Source: Leptolyngbyaceae cyanobacterium
GTDB lineage: Bacteria > Cyanobacteriota > Cyanobacteriia > Phormidesmidales > Phormidesmidaceae
Assembly (NCBI GenBank): GCA_965263355.1
Contig: CBDHHL010000056.1
Span: 2,368,001-2,432,000 of the forward strand
DNA length: 64,000 bases
Direction of reading: 5' to 3'
This document shows positions 1 to 10,303 of the stretch, one piece after another (position 1 is the stretch's first letter; each line of letters starts with the position of its first letter). Made by a program: the position numbers and the translations under genes. The notes below the pieces were generated by a model, which was not told the DNA's origin, made no database searches, and saw only the letters and a list, made by a program, of their open reading frames with translations.

Positions 1-747
1 AACACACTTTACGAAAAACTAGCAAACCCAGCTCTCTATCGCCAGATTCAGAAACAAATGAAGCTGCTGACAGACCAATTACTCGCAGAGGCGGCAGAGC
101 AAGGATTGAGTGATTCCTTTTTCGTTCACTATACGCCCAACTTAGGGCGAGACAACAACGATGATGAACTTGTTTGGTGGGCAGATGAAACAACGTCGGG
201 CACCACTGACTTTCAATTTATGCTGCGCGGAGCCATTAAAGAAGCAGGGGTGCTGGCCCTGCTCAATCGATATTACTTTCAGAAAATAGGAGTACATCCC
301 TTGGGAATTGGCTTTAATGCCCGACAAGCCCCCAAGAGGATGGAAGACATGTTGGCCCTGGTGAAGCAAAATTTTGACCCAACACATATGCCATTGATTA
401 TTGGTGTTGGGGATACAGTGACAAGTAAGGCCGTGGAGACAGACAATGGTTTAGTCTTTAAGCGCGGGGGGAGCGATCGCAACTTCCTCCAACTCATCCA
501 AAACATCGGTCAGGCATTCAATAGCGGCAACCTAGTTGCCTATGTCGACAGCAGTGGCGGCGAACTCAAAAATCGGCGAGCCCTTCCAGTAGAAACCCAA
601 AACGGTTTTTCCATTGTTACCCAAGGCCCTGGTGATCCACAGGATACTCGCGATCCATTAACCCTTAATGTGGTCTTTCCCGGTGGGCACCAACAATATT
701 GCGACGTATTTCAAGCGGGTGCCATCGCCCGCAAAGCAAACCAATAA
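1..747 (+). CDS. stpA: glucosylglycerol-phosphate phosphatase (5' part outside window)
   Basis: Frame is open from base 1; motifs HYTPNLGRD, GTTDFQFMLRGAIKEAG, IIGVGDTVTS, RGGSDRNFLQL match StpA/GgpP. Confidence 0.88.
   Translation, partial: NTLYEKLANPALYRQIQKQMKLLTDQLLAEAAEQGLSDSFFVHYTPNLGRDNNDDELVWWADETTSGTTDFQFMLRGAIKEAGVLALLNRYYFQKIGVHPLGIGFNARQAPKRMEDMLALVKQNFDPTHMPLIIGVGDTVTSKAVETDNGLVFKRGGSDRNFLQLIQNIGQAFNSGNLVAYVDSSGGELKNRRALPVETQNGFSIVTQGPGDPQDTRDPLTLNVVFPGGHQQYCDVFQAGAIARKANQ
473..480. repeat. HIP1 octamer GCGATCGC (representative copy; recurs across the window)
   Basis: Further copies at 897, 1377, 4916 and 48835, among others. Confidence 0.9.
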
Positions 748-752
748 CTCCC

Positions 753-1637
753 ATGCCACAAGTTATCGGTATTGATCTAGGCGGTACCGCCATTAAGTTA
801 GGACGGTTCTCCATCACAGGAGAATGTCTGGCATCACTGAGCGTCCCAACGCCTCAACCACAATCTCCAGAACCTGTTATGGCAGCGGTAGCAAATGCGA
901 TCGCCACCCTCGATCCAGACCATCAGGCCACTGTTATCGGTATCGGCACTCCTGGGCCTACCGATATTACTGCCCGCATTGCTCGCATTGCCATTAATTT
1001 ACCAGATTGGCTAGATGTACCCGTTGCTGACCTCCTCGAAGCCCGCATCCAGAGACCTGTTATCGTAGCCAACGATGCTAACTGTGCTGGCATGGGGGAA
1101 GCCTGGCTCGGTGCTGGCCAAGCTTACAAAAATCTAATTTTACTCACCCTGGGGACCGGCGTTGGGGGCTGCATCATTCTCAATGGTCAACTCTTTCTCG
1201 GTCACGATGGCTGCGCCGGAGAACTGGGGCTGGTCACCTTAGATCCCCAGGGGCACCAGTGTCACAGCGGCAATACTGGTTCCCTAGAGCAACATGTGTC
1301 TGCCCAGGCCATTCGTCGAGAGATGGGGATGGAACCTGGGGAGTTGGCACGGTTGGCAGACCAAGGAAATGGGGATGCGATCGCATTCTGGCAACGCTAC
1401 GGACGCCTCCTGGGCATTGGCATCGTTAGTTCTATCTACGTCTTAAATCCAGAAGCCGTCATTATTGGTGGTGGCATTAGTGCCGCTGCCGCCTATTTTC
1501 TGCCAGCCACTCAAATGGAAATCTCACAGCGTATCCGGCCCCATTACCGAGGCAACCTAAAAATACTGACAGCTACCTTAGGAAATCGCGCAGGCATGGT
1601 TGGAGCAGCCAAATTAGCCATAGATCATATTAGTTAA
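753..1637 (+). CDS. ROK-family sugar kinase (glucokinase)
   Basis: IGIDLGGT, VANDANCA, LTLGTGVGG, AGELG and Cys/His motif CHSGNTGSLE; ATG at 753 preferred, just after the stpA stop. Confidence 0.9.
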   Translation: MPQVIGIDLGGTAIKLGRFSITGECLASLSVPTPQPQSPEPVMAAVANAIATLDPDHQATVIGIGTPGPTDITARIARIAINLPDWLDVPVADLLEARIQRPVIVANDANCAGMGEAWLGAGQAYKNLILLTLGTGVGGCIILNGQLFLGHDGCAGELGLVTLDPQGHQCHSGNTGSLEQHVSAQAIRREMGMEPGELARLADQGNGDAIAFWQRYGRLLGIGIVSSIYVLNPEAVIIGGGISAAAAYFLPATQMEISQRIRPHYRGNLKILTATLGNRAGMVGAAKLAIDHIS

Positions 1638-2057
1638 CCACTAAAAAAACAAACCTCAAAAATAGGTCACAATCGTTACAAATACCCTTGAAAATAATTT
1701 TCTAAATTGACAAAGATAATTAATCAAAGACTTATGTCAACGGTTGTAAACTTGAGTAAACCTAAGCTCGATCACCATGTGTCTAGTGCTACATTTAGCT
1801 TATAGAAACAACTGAATAGCTATCAGGTAAATCAATTAATTCCTGACACTTCAAACCCTAAATCTCCTTCAGATTTAGCTATAAGTCTAAACTGGGTTAT
1901 GCTAATTTTAATTATTTGAAATTAGCAGCCAAATCTCAATCGATATAAGGCATATAGCAAATTTGAACTGTACACCTTAGTTAAGTAATCCTATCTATTT
2001 CTTCACCCAAACTAACAGTAGACTAGCGATTGTTTTTGAGTTTTGCCAAGTTAAAAA

Positions 2058-2089
2058 GGGATCAGTTAGAAATGACTGGTCCCTATTTT
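2058..2089. terminator. hairpin flanked by an A-run and a T-rich tail, possible bidirectional terminator
   Basis: AAAAA-GGGATCAGTTA-gaaa-TGACTGGTCCC-TATTTT. Confidence 0.45.
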
Positions 2090-2095
2090 AATGGG

Positions 2096-2143
2096 ATTAA
2101 TTAGACTATATTAATTGGACTATACTAATTAGGTTGTATTAAT
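2096..2143. repeat. 14-bp tandem repeat, about 3.4 copies, upstream of coaX
   Basis: ATTAATTAGACTAT/ATTAATTGGACTAT/ACTAATTAGGTTGT/ATTAAT. Confidence 0.75.
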
Positions 2144-2171
2144 CTGCATCCAGCCAATCAGTAAATCAAGT

Positions 2172-2957
2172 ATGGTTAATTGGCTAGCATTAGTCATTGG
2201 CAACACAAGATGGCATTGGGCCTGGTTCCAAGACAATGAACTCAAGCAGGTTTGGCACAATAGCCATATTACAAATCAAAATGCCGCAGATATAGAGCTA
2301 CGCAGCCTGTGGGCAGACAAGGTGCCCTCTCAGATGCTAAATGTGCCGACTGAGGCCATCACGATTTGGGCCATCTCAGTGGTGCCTGCCCAAGCACAGC
2401 ACCTAAAGCATATGGCTTCCATCCAATGGATTGAGCAATTTCCCTTAAAAAATATTTACACCACCATGGGGCTAGATCGAGTGGCTACTCTGTGGGGCGC
2501 TGGTCAACGATATGGATGGCCCACATTGGTGATTGACAGTGGCACAGCCTTGACGTTTACAGCCGGGAACGAAAGCACCTTTGTCGGAGGGGCTATTTTA
2601 TTAGGGGTGCGCTCTCATCTGGTCGCGCTACAGCACTATACCGCTGCATTACCTGCCGTCAGCCCCCCTTCGGACTTGCCATCACGCTGGGCTAATAACA
2701 CTACCAGCGCGATTCAAAGTGGCGTAATTCATAGCATGCTAGCAAGCATTCATCAGTTTATTCATAGCTGGCAACGGCACTATCCTCAGACCACAATTAT
2801 CTTTACAGGTGGCGATGGTAAATACCTCTATGAGTTTTATCAACAGCAGTACACCGCAAATGAAAACCAGATCCTGAACAACAGAACCTGGTTTGATCCA
2901 AATTTAATGTTTTGGGGCATTTCCGCTTATCGCAATGATGCTACTCGAGTACTATAA
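2172..2957 (+). CDS. coaX: type III pantothenate kinase
   Basis: LVIGNTRWHW, MGLDR, LVIDSGTALT, GGAIL, IFTGGDG motifs. Confidence 0.9.
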   Translation: MVNWLALVIGNTRWHWAWFQDNELKQVWHNSHITNQNAADIELRSLWADKVPSQMLNVPTEAITIWAISVVPAQAQHLKHMASIQWIEQFPLKNIYTTMGLDRVATLWGAGQRYGWPTLVIDSGTALTFTAGNESTFVGGAILLGVRSHLVALQHYTAALPAVSPPSDLPSRWANNTTSAIQSGVIHSMLASIHQFIHSWQRHYPQTTIIFTGGDGKYLYEFYQQQYTANENQILNNRTWFDPNLMFWGISAYRNDATRVL

Positions 2958-3775
2958 GCTTCTGTATCGGTACCTGCTGTTGCCGATGGAATGGCTGAGT
3001 CACGATCCATCTCTTCTAACCGAGTGACCCGATCTCTGGGATTAGGGTGAGTACTAAAAATAGCTGGTGGGCTGTTACCACTGTCTAGTTTTTCCATCAG
3101 TGTGGCCATCCCCGTTTGGTCGTAACCCGCTTCACCCATAGTGACAAACCCATGTTCATCAGCTACCAATTCATCCTTGCGGCTGTTAGGTAAGGTCAAT
3201 GCCACATCCACGGCAATGGCAACCATCTGATTCCGACTCAGCCCAAATGCTCCAGCAACGCCTTGGGCAATAGCCACATCTCGCATTTGGTCAAGGGCAT
3301 GTTTTTCAGCAATATGGCCAACTTCATGACCTAGGACACCAGCTACCTCTGCTTCATTATCAGCCGCCGCCAGTAAACCAGTTGTCACATATACAAACCC
3401 CCCCATGGTAGCAAAGGCGTTAATCCCATCATCTTCAACGACCTGAAACACGTAAGGAATATCAGGACGATCACTATGGGGAATCAGATTCTGACCAATC
3501 TGGTCGACATAGGCCGTTAATTGAGCATCTCGATGTAGTCGAAATGATTGACTCAGCAACTGCTGATTCACCTGCTTCCCAAGATTCACTTCTTGAGAAT
3601 CTGACATGTTAGTAATTTGAAACACCTGGATAGTGGGCAAAATGATGTCGAGTAATCCAGCATGAGCCGGTCTGGGAATAACCATCCCCAAACCGAGCGT
3701 CATCAAAAAGGCTATAGCACCATAGATGAGGCGGCATTGCCAGCGATTAACCCTGCGGAAAAGTCCAGTTAACAT
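2927..3775 (-). CDS. M48-family zinc metallopeptidase, exported
   Basis: INAFATMGG, GVLGHEVGH (HExxH), SRKDELVAD, STHP; hydrophobic signal ending AHA. Confidence 0.9.
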   Translation of the reverse strand: MLTGLFRRVNRWQCRLIYGAIAFLMTLGLGMVIPRPAHAGLLDIILPTIQVFQITNMSDSQEVNLGKQVNQQLLSQSFRLHRDAQLTAYVDQIGQNLIPHSDRPDIPYVFQVVEDDGINAFATMGGFVYVTTGLLAAADNEAEVAGVLGHEVGHIAEKHALDQMRDVAIAQGVAGAFGLSRNQMVAIAVDVALTLPNSRKDELVADEHGFVTMGEAGYDQTGMATLMEKLDSGNSPPAIFSTHPNPRDRVTRLEEMDRDSAIPSATAGTDTEAYSTRVASLR

Positions 3776-4176
3776 GGTCAGCTTACTGTAATGAAACGGC
3801 GAATAAAGCAAAGATGGATAGGGTCAACCTTGAAGCTGTCTTAACCAATGTTGAGACAATATCCATAATTTGACCATAGCGATAGCCTGAGCAGCTTTCT
3901 CCATGGGCTGTGACAGTTAATGGATTGTGATTTAACACTGAAAACTAGTGTAGACAGTCAAGTTAGAAGACGATACGAGTCCAATGGCGGATGTGTTGTC
4001 CATCTACCGATTTATCGGTTTACATCCATCTAACCTGGCCAACCCATGATTAAATACTAACGATTGCATTCCCCATGCCCTAGGGGGACATTGCATGTCT
4101 GTTACATTATTGTTTGAGCTAATGGGTGTTTTTGTACAGGCTCAACTATTGGGAATTATTCGGAGTGCCAGGAGCT

Positions 4177-4707
4177 ATGGCTATTTTGGATTCTAAGGGA
4201 CGCTTATTTGGCAAAATTAGCTTGCTGGATGTTGGTGCAGGATTGATCATCCTGATGGTGGCAGTCGCTGTTTTTTTCTACCCCGGCACCTCGGGTTCTG
4301 TCGCTCAAGTAGGGGCAGTGAATCAGGAAATTGAAGTGGATGTCATAGCCCGTGGTCTAACTGTGCTTAACCCCCAACAGTTTTTGGATGATTTAAAAGC
4401 TGAGGGGACCACTAATATCATCATTCGTAATCAGCCCTACGGACAGGTCGTGGTCAAAGAGGTGAAAGCCTTACCTCGCAGTACCGCAGTGCCACAACCC
4501 GATGGTTCAGTCACATCGTTTCCTGACCCCCGTCCTGAACTTGGCTTTACAGCAGATATGTTGATTACCTTAACTGGCTCTGCCCAAATCACCGATGATG
4601 GCCCCGTCTTTGGCAATAGCAAAATTAAAATCGGCACACCGATTGAATTAGAGGGCAAAATCTATAATTTCAAAGCCAGTACCGTCGCTGTACGCATTCC
4701 TGAATGA
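4177..4707 (+). CDS. DUF4330-like membrane-anchored protein
   Basis: N-terminal MAILDSKGRLFGKISLLD plus a TM helix and C-terminal KIKIGTPIELEG are typical of this cyanobacterial family. Confidence 0.75.
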   Translation: MAILDSKGRLFGKISLLDVGAGLIILMVAVAVFFYPGTSGSVAQVGAVNQEIEVDVIARGLTVLNPQQFLDDLKAEGTTNIIIRNQPYGQVVVKEVKALPRSTAVPQPDGSVTSFPDPRPELGFTADMLITLTGSAQITDDGPVFGNSKIKIGTPIELEGKIYNFKASTVAVRIPE

Positions 4708-4867
4708 TAAACCCAACAAAGAGTGATTTAAATCACATTTAATACTCAGCCACCTATCATCGTATTTTTTAAAGACTCTCAGTTTTTTATCAGAGGGTCT
4801 TCAGATGTGCTTTCCATATTTGTAGGTAAGAAAGAATTTCACCTTCCTACTGTTTGGAGGACCTATT

Positions 4868-5158
4868 ATGAAACGCTTCGTACTTTCTGGTTTATCTGTT
4901 TTGATTGCTGCTGCTGCGATCGCACCTGCTGCTATAGCAAAATCTTCTAACAACGACTCTCTAGCGAACACAACTCTTCAACAGCGCCGCTTAGATGCTC
5001 TAGACATCCGCACTAAGAACGATTCACTTGTTAATACAACGCTGCAGCAACGTCGTTTACAAGAGCTAGATGTGAGAACAAAAAGTAGCGCTCCAATTAC
5101 GAACACTACTATTCAGCAATATCGTCTTGACGCATTAGATACACGCGATAAGTCATAG
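4868..5158 (+). CDS. small secreted protein with three internal ~22-aa repeats
   Basis: GGAGG RBS; signal MKRFVLSGLSVLIAAAAIAPAAIA; repeats NTT(L/I)QQxRLxxLDxR; terminator downstream. Confidence 0.85.
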   Translation: MKRFVLSGLSVLIAAAAIAPAAIAKSSNNDSLANTTLQQRRLDALDIRTKNDSLVNTTLQQRRLQELDVRTKSSAPITNTTIQQYRLDALDTRDKS

Positions 5159-5198
5159 TTACATCAGCAGCTCACACTTTGTTTAAGTAATTGAAACC

Positions 5199-5224
5199 AG
5201 GGGGCACGTTTGTGTCCCCTTTTT
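5199..5224 (+). terminator. Rho-independent terminator
   Basis: AGGGGGCAC-gttt-GTGTCCCCT-TTTT. Confidence 0.8.
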
Positions 5225-5320
5225 CCTTATTTGCTGAATTAATAACGTCTGAACTAGAGCGATGTTAGAAGAGTCGCTATGATTAAGAAGATTGACATTT
5301 CTTAAAGTTTTTTGTCATAT

Positions 5321-6709
5321 ATGACTACAACTGCCGACTCAAACAAGCTTAAACAATTAATAGAAAAACGTATTTTACTGGGTCGGCCTCTAACTCCTGA
5401 GTTAACCGCAATTTTGCTGGTTTATTTCGTACAAGGCATCTTAGGCTTGTCTCGGTTATCAGTTAGTTTTTTTCTCAAAGATGATTTAGGCCTCAGTCCC
5501 GCAGAGATGGCAGCGTTGATAGGTGTTAGTACTCTACCTTGGACTATCAAGCCTCTATTTGGTTTTTTGTCCGACGGCTTGCCTATCTTCGGTTATCGTA
5601 GACGACCTTATCTAATCCTATCAGGTCTGTTAGGAGCAGTAGCTTGGTTGGCATTAGCTACTCTGGTATATACGGCCTGGCTAGCCACTACCATGCTCTT
5701 ACTCAGTTCATTGTCTGTGGCAGTCTCAGACGTAATTATTGATTCTCTAGTGGTAGAGAGAGCTCGTCAAGAATCTCAGGGTGAAACTGGCACATTACAG
5801 TCACTTTGTTGGGGAGCCTCTGCATTGGGTGGCTTGCTCACAGCCTATCTCAGCGGACTGCTACTAGACAAAACAAGCCCTCATGTTGTCTTCGCTCTTA
5901 CTGCAACATTTCCCCTAATTGTTTCCTGTGTTGCTTGGCTCATTACAGAGGAACCAGTCCAGGAAAAATTAGGCTTTCAAACTGTCTGGACTCATTTCAA
6001 ACAGCTTAAGTTGGCTGTTAGCCAGCGAACTATTTGGATGCCTGCGCTCTTTTTATTCCTATGGCAATCCACACCAAGTGCAGACTCAGCTTTCTTTTTT
6101 TTCACCACTAATGATTTAGGATTTGAACCTGAATTTTTAGGTCGGGTCAAATTAATCACAAGCTTAGCCGCGCTGCTGGGCATCGCTATTTTTCAGCGCT
6201 TCTTAAAAGCCGTCCCATTTCGTACTATTTTTGCCTGGTCCACGGTACTGGCCTCTCTCGGAGGAATGACAACACTATTATTAGTGACCCATGCAAACCG
6301 CAGTCTTGGCATTGAAGATCATTGGTTTAGCTTAGGTGATAATGCCATTCTTACAGCCATGGGACAGATAGCATTTATGCCGATACTAGTGCTGGCAGCA
6401 CGACTATGCCCCTCTGGTGTAGAAGCAACGCTATTTGCGCTCTTGATGTCAATTGTGAACTTGGCAATGCTGACTTCCCATGAGCTGGGTGCCCTTTTAA
6501 CCCAATGGCTTCATGTGACTGAAACAGATTTTGAAAATCTATGGTTGTTGGTGACGATTACCAATTTGACCACATTGTTGCCGTTACCGCTGTTGTTTTT
6601 ACTTCCCAACACGTCAGCCTCTTCAAACTCAGAATTAGCTGCATTACCTGGAGAATCAAATGAAGATTCCGATAAGACAGAACCCGTGCTAACAACATCA
6701 TCATCGTAA
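5321..6709 (+). CDS. folate/biopterin (BT1/FBT) MFS transporter
   Basis: LPWTIKPLFGFLSDGLPIFGYRRRPYL, ARLCPSGVEATLFALLMS; many TM helices. Confidence 0.92.
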   Translation: MTTTADSNKLKQLIEKRILLGRPLTPELTAILLVYFVQGILGLSRLSVSFFLKDDLGLSPAEMAALIGVSTLPWTIKPLFGFLSDGLPIFGYRRRPYLILSGLLGAVAWLALATLVYTAWLATTMLLLSSLSVAVSDVIIDSLVVERARQESQGETGTLQSLCWGASALGGLLTAYLSGLLLDKTSPHVVFALTATFPLIVSCVAWLITEEPVQEKLGFQTVWTHFKQLKLAVSQRTIWMPALFLFLWQSTPSADSAFFFFTTNDLGFEPEFLGRVKLITSLAALLGIAIFQRFLKAVPFRTIFAWSTVLASLGGMTTLLLVTHANRSLGIEDHWFSLGDNAILTAMGQIAFMPILVLAARLCPSGVEATLFALLMSIVNLAMLTSHELGALLTQWLHVTETDFENLWLLVTITNLTTLLPLPLLFLLPNTSASSNSELAALPGESNEDSDKTEPVLTTSSS

Positions 6710-6778
6710 GCCCTACTGATTTTTAACAGACAGTAGGCAATGCTCATCTTGCAAGAAAAAAGACAAAACATATTTCCT

Positions 6779-8260
6779 ATGCAAACACTCGCATCTCCTA
6801 ACCCATCCACTGGCTTTGATATAGATGATTGGCGTAGCGGTTATCGCTCACAACCAAATGAATATGCTTACGAAATCGATAATATTGACGGCACGATTCC
6901 AGCTAATTTAGCAGGCACACTATTCCGTAATGGTCCAGGACTACTGGACATTGCCGGACATCCGGTACATCATCCGTTCGATGGTGATGGCATGATTACG
7001 GCAATCACTATTGCAAATGGCAAAGCATTCTTTCGCAATCGCTTTGTACGTACCGAAGGCTATGTCAAAGAACAAGCTGCTGGTAAACCATTGTTCCGTG
7101 GTGTCTTTGGCACTCAAAAACCCGGCGGTCCTTTAGCCAATGCCTTTGACCTCCGCTTGAAGAATGTTGCTAATACCAATGTAATCTACTGGGGTGGCAA
7201 ACTATTGGCCCTGTGGGAAGCGTCAGAACCCTATCAGCTTAATCCAACTACCCTAGAAACTCTTGGGCCCGATTATTTAGACGGTGTGCTTAGATCTGGA
7301 GAGGCATTTTCGGCCCATCCTCGGATTGACCCTTGCTGCGAGCTGACCAACGATCAACCCTGTCTTGTTAACTTTGGCGTTAAAACCGGTCTTTCCAGCA
7401 CTATTACCCTCTACGAATTTGACCCAAAGGGTCGTCTGGTTCACACCCACCGTCGTGATATTCCAGGGTTTGCCTTTTTACACGATTTTGCCATTACCCC
7501 TAACTACTGCATCTTCTTTCAAAATCCAGTGAGCTTTAACCCGGTACCTTACCTAACAGGCTTTAAAGGCGCTGCCGAATGCATTCAGTTCAATCCTAAA
7601 CAACCGACTCACGCCCTAATTATTCCTCGAGATGGCATACGTCCAATCCAGACTATAGACCTGCCACCCTGTTTTGTTTTCCACCATGCCAATGCGTTTG
7701 AGGCTAACAGCAAAGTATATTTAGATTCGGTTTGTTATCAAGATTTCCCTGATCTGAAAGGTGCAGACAATTACCTAGAAGCGGATTTTAGTCGTATTCC
7801 CGAGGGGCAGCTATGGCGGTTTGAATTAAATCTAACTACATGCACCAGTCAGGCTGAATGCTTGATTGAGCGAGGCTGCGAGTTTCCAGCCTTGCATCCC
7901 CATCAGGTCGGTCGCCCCTATCGGTATCTATACATCGGTGTCACCCATCACCCCCATGGCAATGCACCACTCCAGGCTGTAATGAAACGAGATTTAACCA
8001 CAGGGCAAGAAGACATTTGGAGTTTTGCCCCTCGAGGTTTTGTTGGTGAACCCATTTTTGTACCTCATCCCCAGGGGACAATAGAGGATGAGGGGTGGAT
8101 ATTAAGTCTGATCTATAACGCTGAGCGCTATTGCTCAGAGCTGGCAATTTTAGACGCCCAAAAAATTACTGAAGGCCCCGTAGCTACACTCAAACTTCCT
8201 CATCATATTCCTTATGGTCTACATGGTAATTTCATGCAAAATTTGGCCATCACCGTTTAG
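6779..8260 (+). CDS. carotenoid oxygenase (apocarotenoid cleavage oxygenase, RPE65 family)
   Basis: FRNGPG, HPFDGDGM, FSAHP, FLHDF, FHHANA, PYGLHG (Fe-binding His residues). Confidence 0.92.
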   Translation: MQTLASPNPSTGFDIDDWRSGYRSQPNEYAYEIDNIDGTIPANLAGTLFRNGPGLLDIAGHPVHHPFDGDGMITAITIANGKAFFRNRFVRTEGYVKEQAAGKPLFRGVFGTQKPGGPLANAFDLRLKNVANTNVIYWGGKLLALWEASEPYQLNPTTLETLGPDYLDGVLRSGEAFSAHPRIDPCCELTNDQPCLVNFGVKTGLSSTITLYEFDPKGRLVHTHRRDIPGFAFLHDFAITPNYCIFFQNPVSFNPVPYLTGFKGAAECIQFNPKQPTHALIIPRDGIRPIQTIDLPPCFVFHHANAFEANSKVYLDSVCYQDFPDLKGADNYLEADFSRIPEGQLWRFELNLTTCTSQAECLIERGCEFPALHPHQVGRPYRYLYIGVTHHPHGNAPLQAVMKRDLTTGQEDIWSFAPRGFVGEPIFVPHPQGTIEDEGWILSLIYNAERYCSELAILDAQKITEGPVATLKLPHHIPYGLHGNFMQNLAITV

Positions 8261-8410
8261 ACAAAGCGGTTTTTACAGACAACTGCCAACTAGCTGTAAT
8301 ATCTGGCCGATCAGCGATAGCACTAATTTATGACAGTCAGCAGTTGTAGTCTGGCAACAGACGGGCACTATGCTTAGTGTAGTCAAGTAATAAATAACAC
8401 CCGTACCGAG

Positions 8411-8695
8411 ATGAATAACATTCAAGCATCAGGTAAGGAAATCTTGAACTATCGACTGCGACCTAATGAGAAAGGCATCTACCTCGACATTTGGGAAAAT
8501 AGTTCTGCTTTGACTCCAGGTCAGGCATCATATCGCTTTTTTGTCACCTATCAGCTTAAATCCATTGATGACGCTCAAACGATTTTAGACCAGTACCTGA
8601 TAGCCAATGACATGTACAACGCTGTACCGTCCAATGATGCAGTTACCCCTATTCATTTACGCACACTAGCCATTTCACCATCCTTAGGTAGCTAA
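8411..8695 (+). CDS. hypothetical protein
   Basis: 94-aa ATG ORF filling the intergenic gap; no recognisable motif. Confidence 0.55.
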   Translation: MNNIQASGKEILNYRLRPNEKGIYLDIWENSSALTPGQASYRFFVTYQLKSIDDAQTILDQYLIANDMYNAVPSNDAVTPIHLRTLAISPSLGS

Positions 8696-8696
8696 T

Positions 8697-9113
8697 TCAA
8701 GGGGTGTCAGTCGATTGCAACTGATACTGTTTTGCTTCCAAATAGTAGTCTCCCAAGTCTGCTCCATTAATGGGAATCGCTTCGTAACGTAGAATCCCGT
8801 CTACGTATACCTGCTGTCCTACTTTTGGAGCAACCTGCTGGGTCAAAATCCATATTTGTCCAGTACTATCATCAACCTGATACAGCCAACTATTCAACAG
8901 TGATACACGCTGAGTCACTACACCAGCCAAAGAAATGGACTGCTCAACTTGCTGAGGCTGACGTAACGCATCAATTTTGATAGTTGATTTAGACCGAAAG
9001 AGCACTGGCTCTTTAGACACTTGGCTCCTTGATGGGGGCTGGCAACCTATGCAAAAAGTTAAAACACCAATGCTCAGCCCGACTAAGGTCAATCTACATT
9101 TAAAAAAACTCAT
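8697..9113 (-). CDS. putative lipoprotein with OB-fold-like domain
   Basis: Lipobox-like CIGC; YQVDDSTGQIWI and VGQQVYVDG are OB-fold-like. Confidence 0.65.
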   Translation of the reverse strand: MSFFKCRLTLVGLSIGVLTFCIGCQPPSRSQVSKEPVLFRSKSTIKIDALRQPQQVEQSISLAGVVTQRVSLLNSWLYQVDDSTGQIWILTQQVAPKVGQQVYVDGILRYEAIPINGADLGDYYLEAKQYQLQSTDTP

Positions 9114-9300
9114 CGCATAAAGAAGCTGTCAGGGTTAAAGTCTAATAACATTCAATTAAGGATTAGACCGGTCGCTATTGATAACTTGATGTTTGGGCCA
9201 GGGAATAGCCTTTGGTACTCTGAGAACAGCCTATGTGGCTAGTATCCCCTAATTGACTAGCTACGTCGGCAGACTCGCCGATAAAGTTAGCAAAAACTTC

Positions 9301-10170
9301 ATGGCCCAACGGTTAGATGGCAAAGCACTTGCCCACAAAATTCAGTCCCAACTCGCAGCGGAACTTGCCCATGAGAGTGCGCAGAAGGTGCGCCCACCTG
9401 GTTTAGCCGTTATTATGGTTGGAGACAATCCGGCCAGCGCTGCCTACGTCAGAAATAAAGAACGAGCCTGTGAACGAGTGGGGATTGCTTCCTTTGGTGC
9501 CCATTTGTCAGCCGATACTTCTCAAGCAACTGTTAATGCACTGATTGATCAGTTAAACCAGGATGACCGAGTAGATGGCATTTTAATTCAGTTACCTCTA
9601 CCTGCACATTTAGATTCGGTCGCTTTACTCAATCGTATTGACCCAGCTAAAGATGCCGACGGTCTTCATCCAGAAAATATGGGTCGACTAATGCGTGGAG
9701 AACCTGGTCTGCGCAGTTGCACGCCAGCTGGTGTAATGGCTGTTCTCAAGGAGTATAAGATTGAGCCCGGTGGAAAAAAGGCTGTCATCCTGGGACGTAG
9801 TATTTTAGTGGGGAAACCTATGGCACTGATGCTGTTAGAAGCAAATGCCACCGTCACTATTGCTCACTCCCGAACCCAAAATTTACCCGAACTCTGCCGA
9901 CAGGCAGATATTCTAGTGGCGGCGGTGGGTCGTCCTAACCTGGTAGCTGCAAATTGGGTCAAGCCTCAGGCAACTATCATTGATGTGGGCATCAATCGTA
10001 TCCAGGATATTGAGGCGGGCAAATCTCGGCTGGTTGGGGATGTAGATTTTGCCAGGGTAGAGCCCATCGCTGGAGCCATTACCCCTGTGCCGGGTGGAAT
10101 TGGCCCTATGACAGTGACCATGTTGTTGCAGAATACAGTATTAAGCTACCGTAAGCGATTTAATGATTAA
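9301..10170 (+). CDS. folD: bifunctional methylenetetrahydrofolate dehydrogenase/cyclohydrolase
   Basis: [36 protein letters not shown]. Confidence 0.97.
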   Translation: MAQRLDGKALAHKIQSQLAAELAHESAQKVRPPGLAVIMVGDNPASAAYVRNKERACERVGIASFGAHLSADTSQATVNALIDQLNQDDRVDGILIQLPLPAHLDSVALLNRIDPAKDADGLHPENMGRLMRGEPGLRSCTPAGVMAVLKEYKIEPGGKKAVILGRSILVGKPMALMLLEANATVTIAHSRTQNLPELCRQADILVAAVGRPNLVAANWVKPQATIIDVGINRIQDIEAGKSRLVGDVDFARVEPIAGAITPVPGGIGPMTVTMLLQNTVLSYRKRFND

Positions 10171-10303
10171 TGAATAGTTAACGTTAGCTCTTTTGTTTTG
10201 GCGCAAGTTTTCAAGTGAGCGCTGACGCTATTAGCAAATTGCCTTGCCATAGCAAATTGCGTTTGCCATAGCCCTACAAACTCATATATCCCTTTGTGTA
10301 ATC

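Noticed and set aside
2927..2957. Convergent 3' overlaps (coaX/M48, argF/CPBP, 28174/28793 genes)
   Set aside because: Short convergent overlaps are common in bacterial genomes.
4940..5155. Regularly spaced repeats as a CRISPR array
   Set aside because: They are degenerate in-frame coding repeats with no unique spacers, and there are no cas genes.
10232..10272. Short direct duplication TAGCAAATTGC(C/GT)TTGCCA upstream of crtE
   Set aside because: Only two copies; consistent with simple slippage, with no evidence of function.
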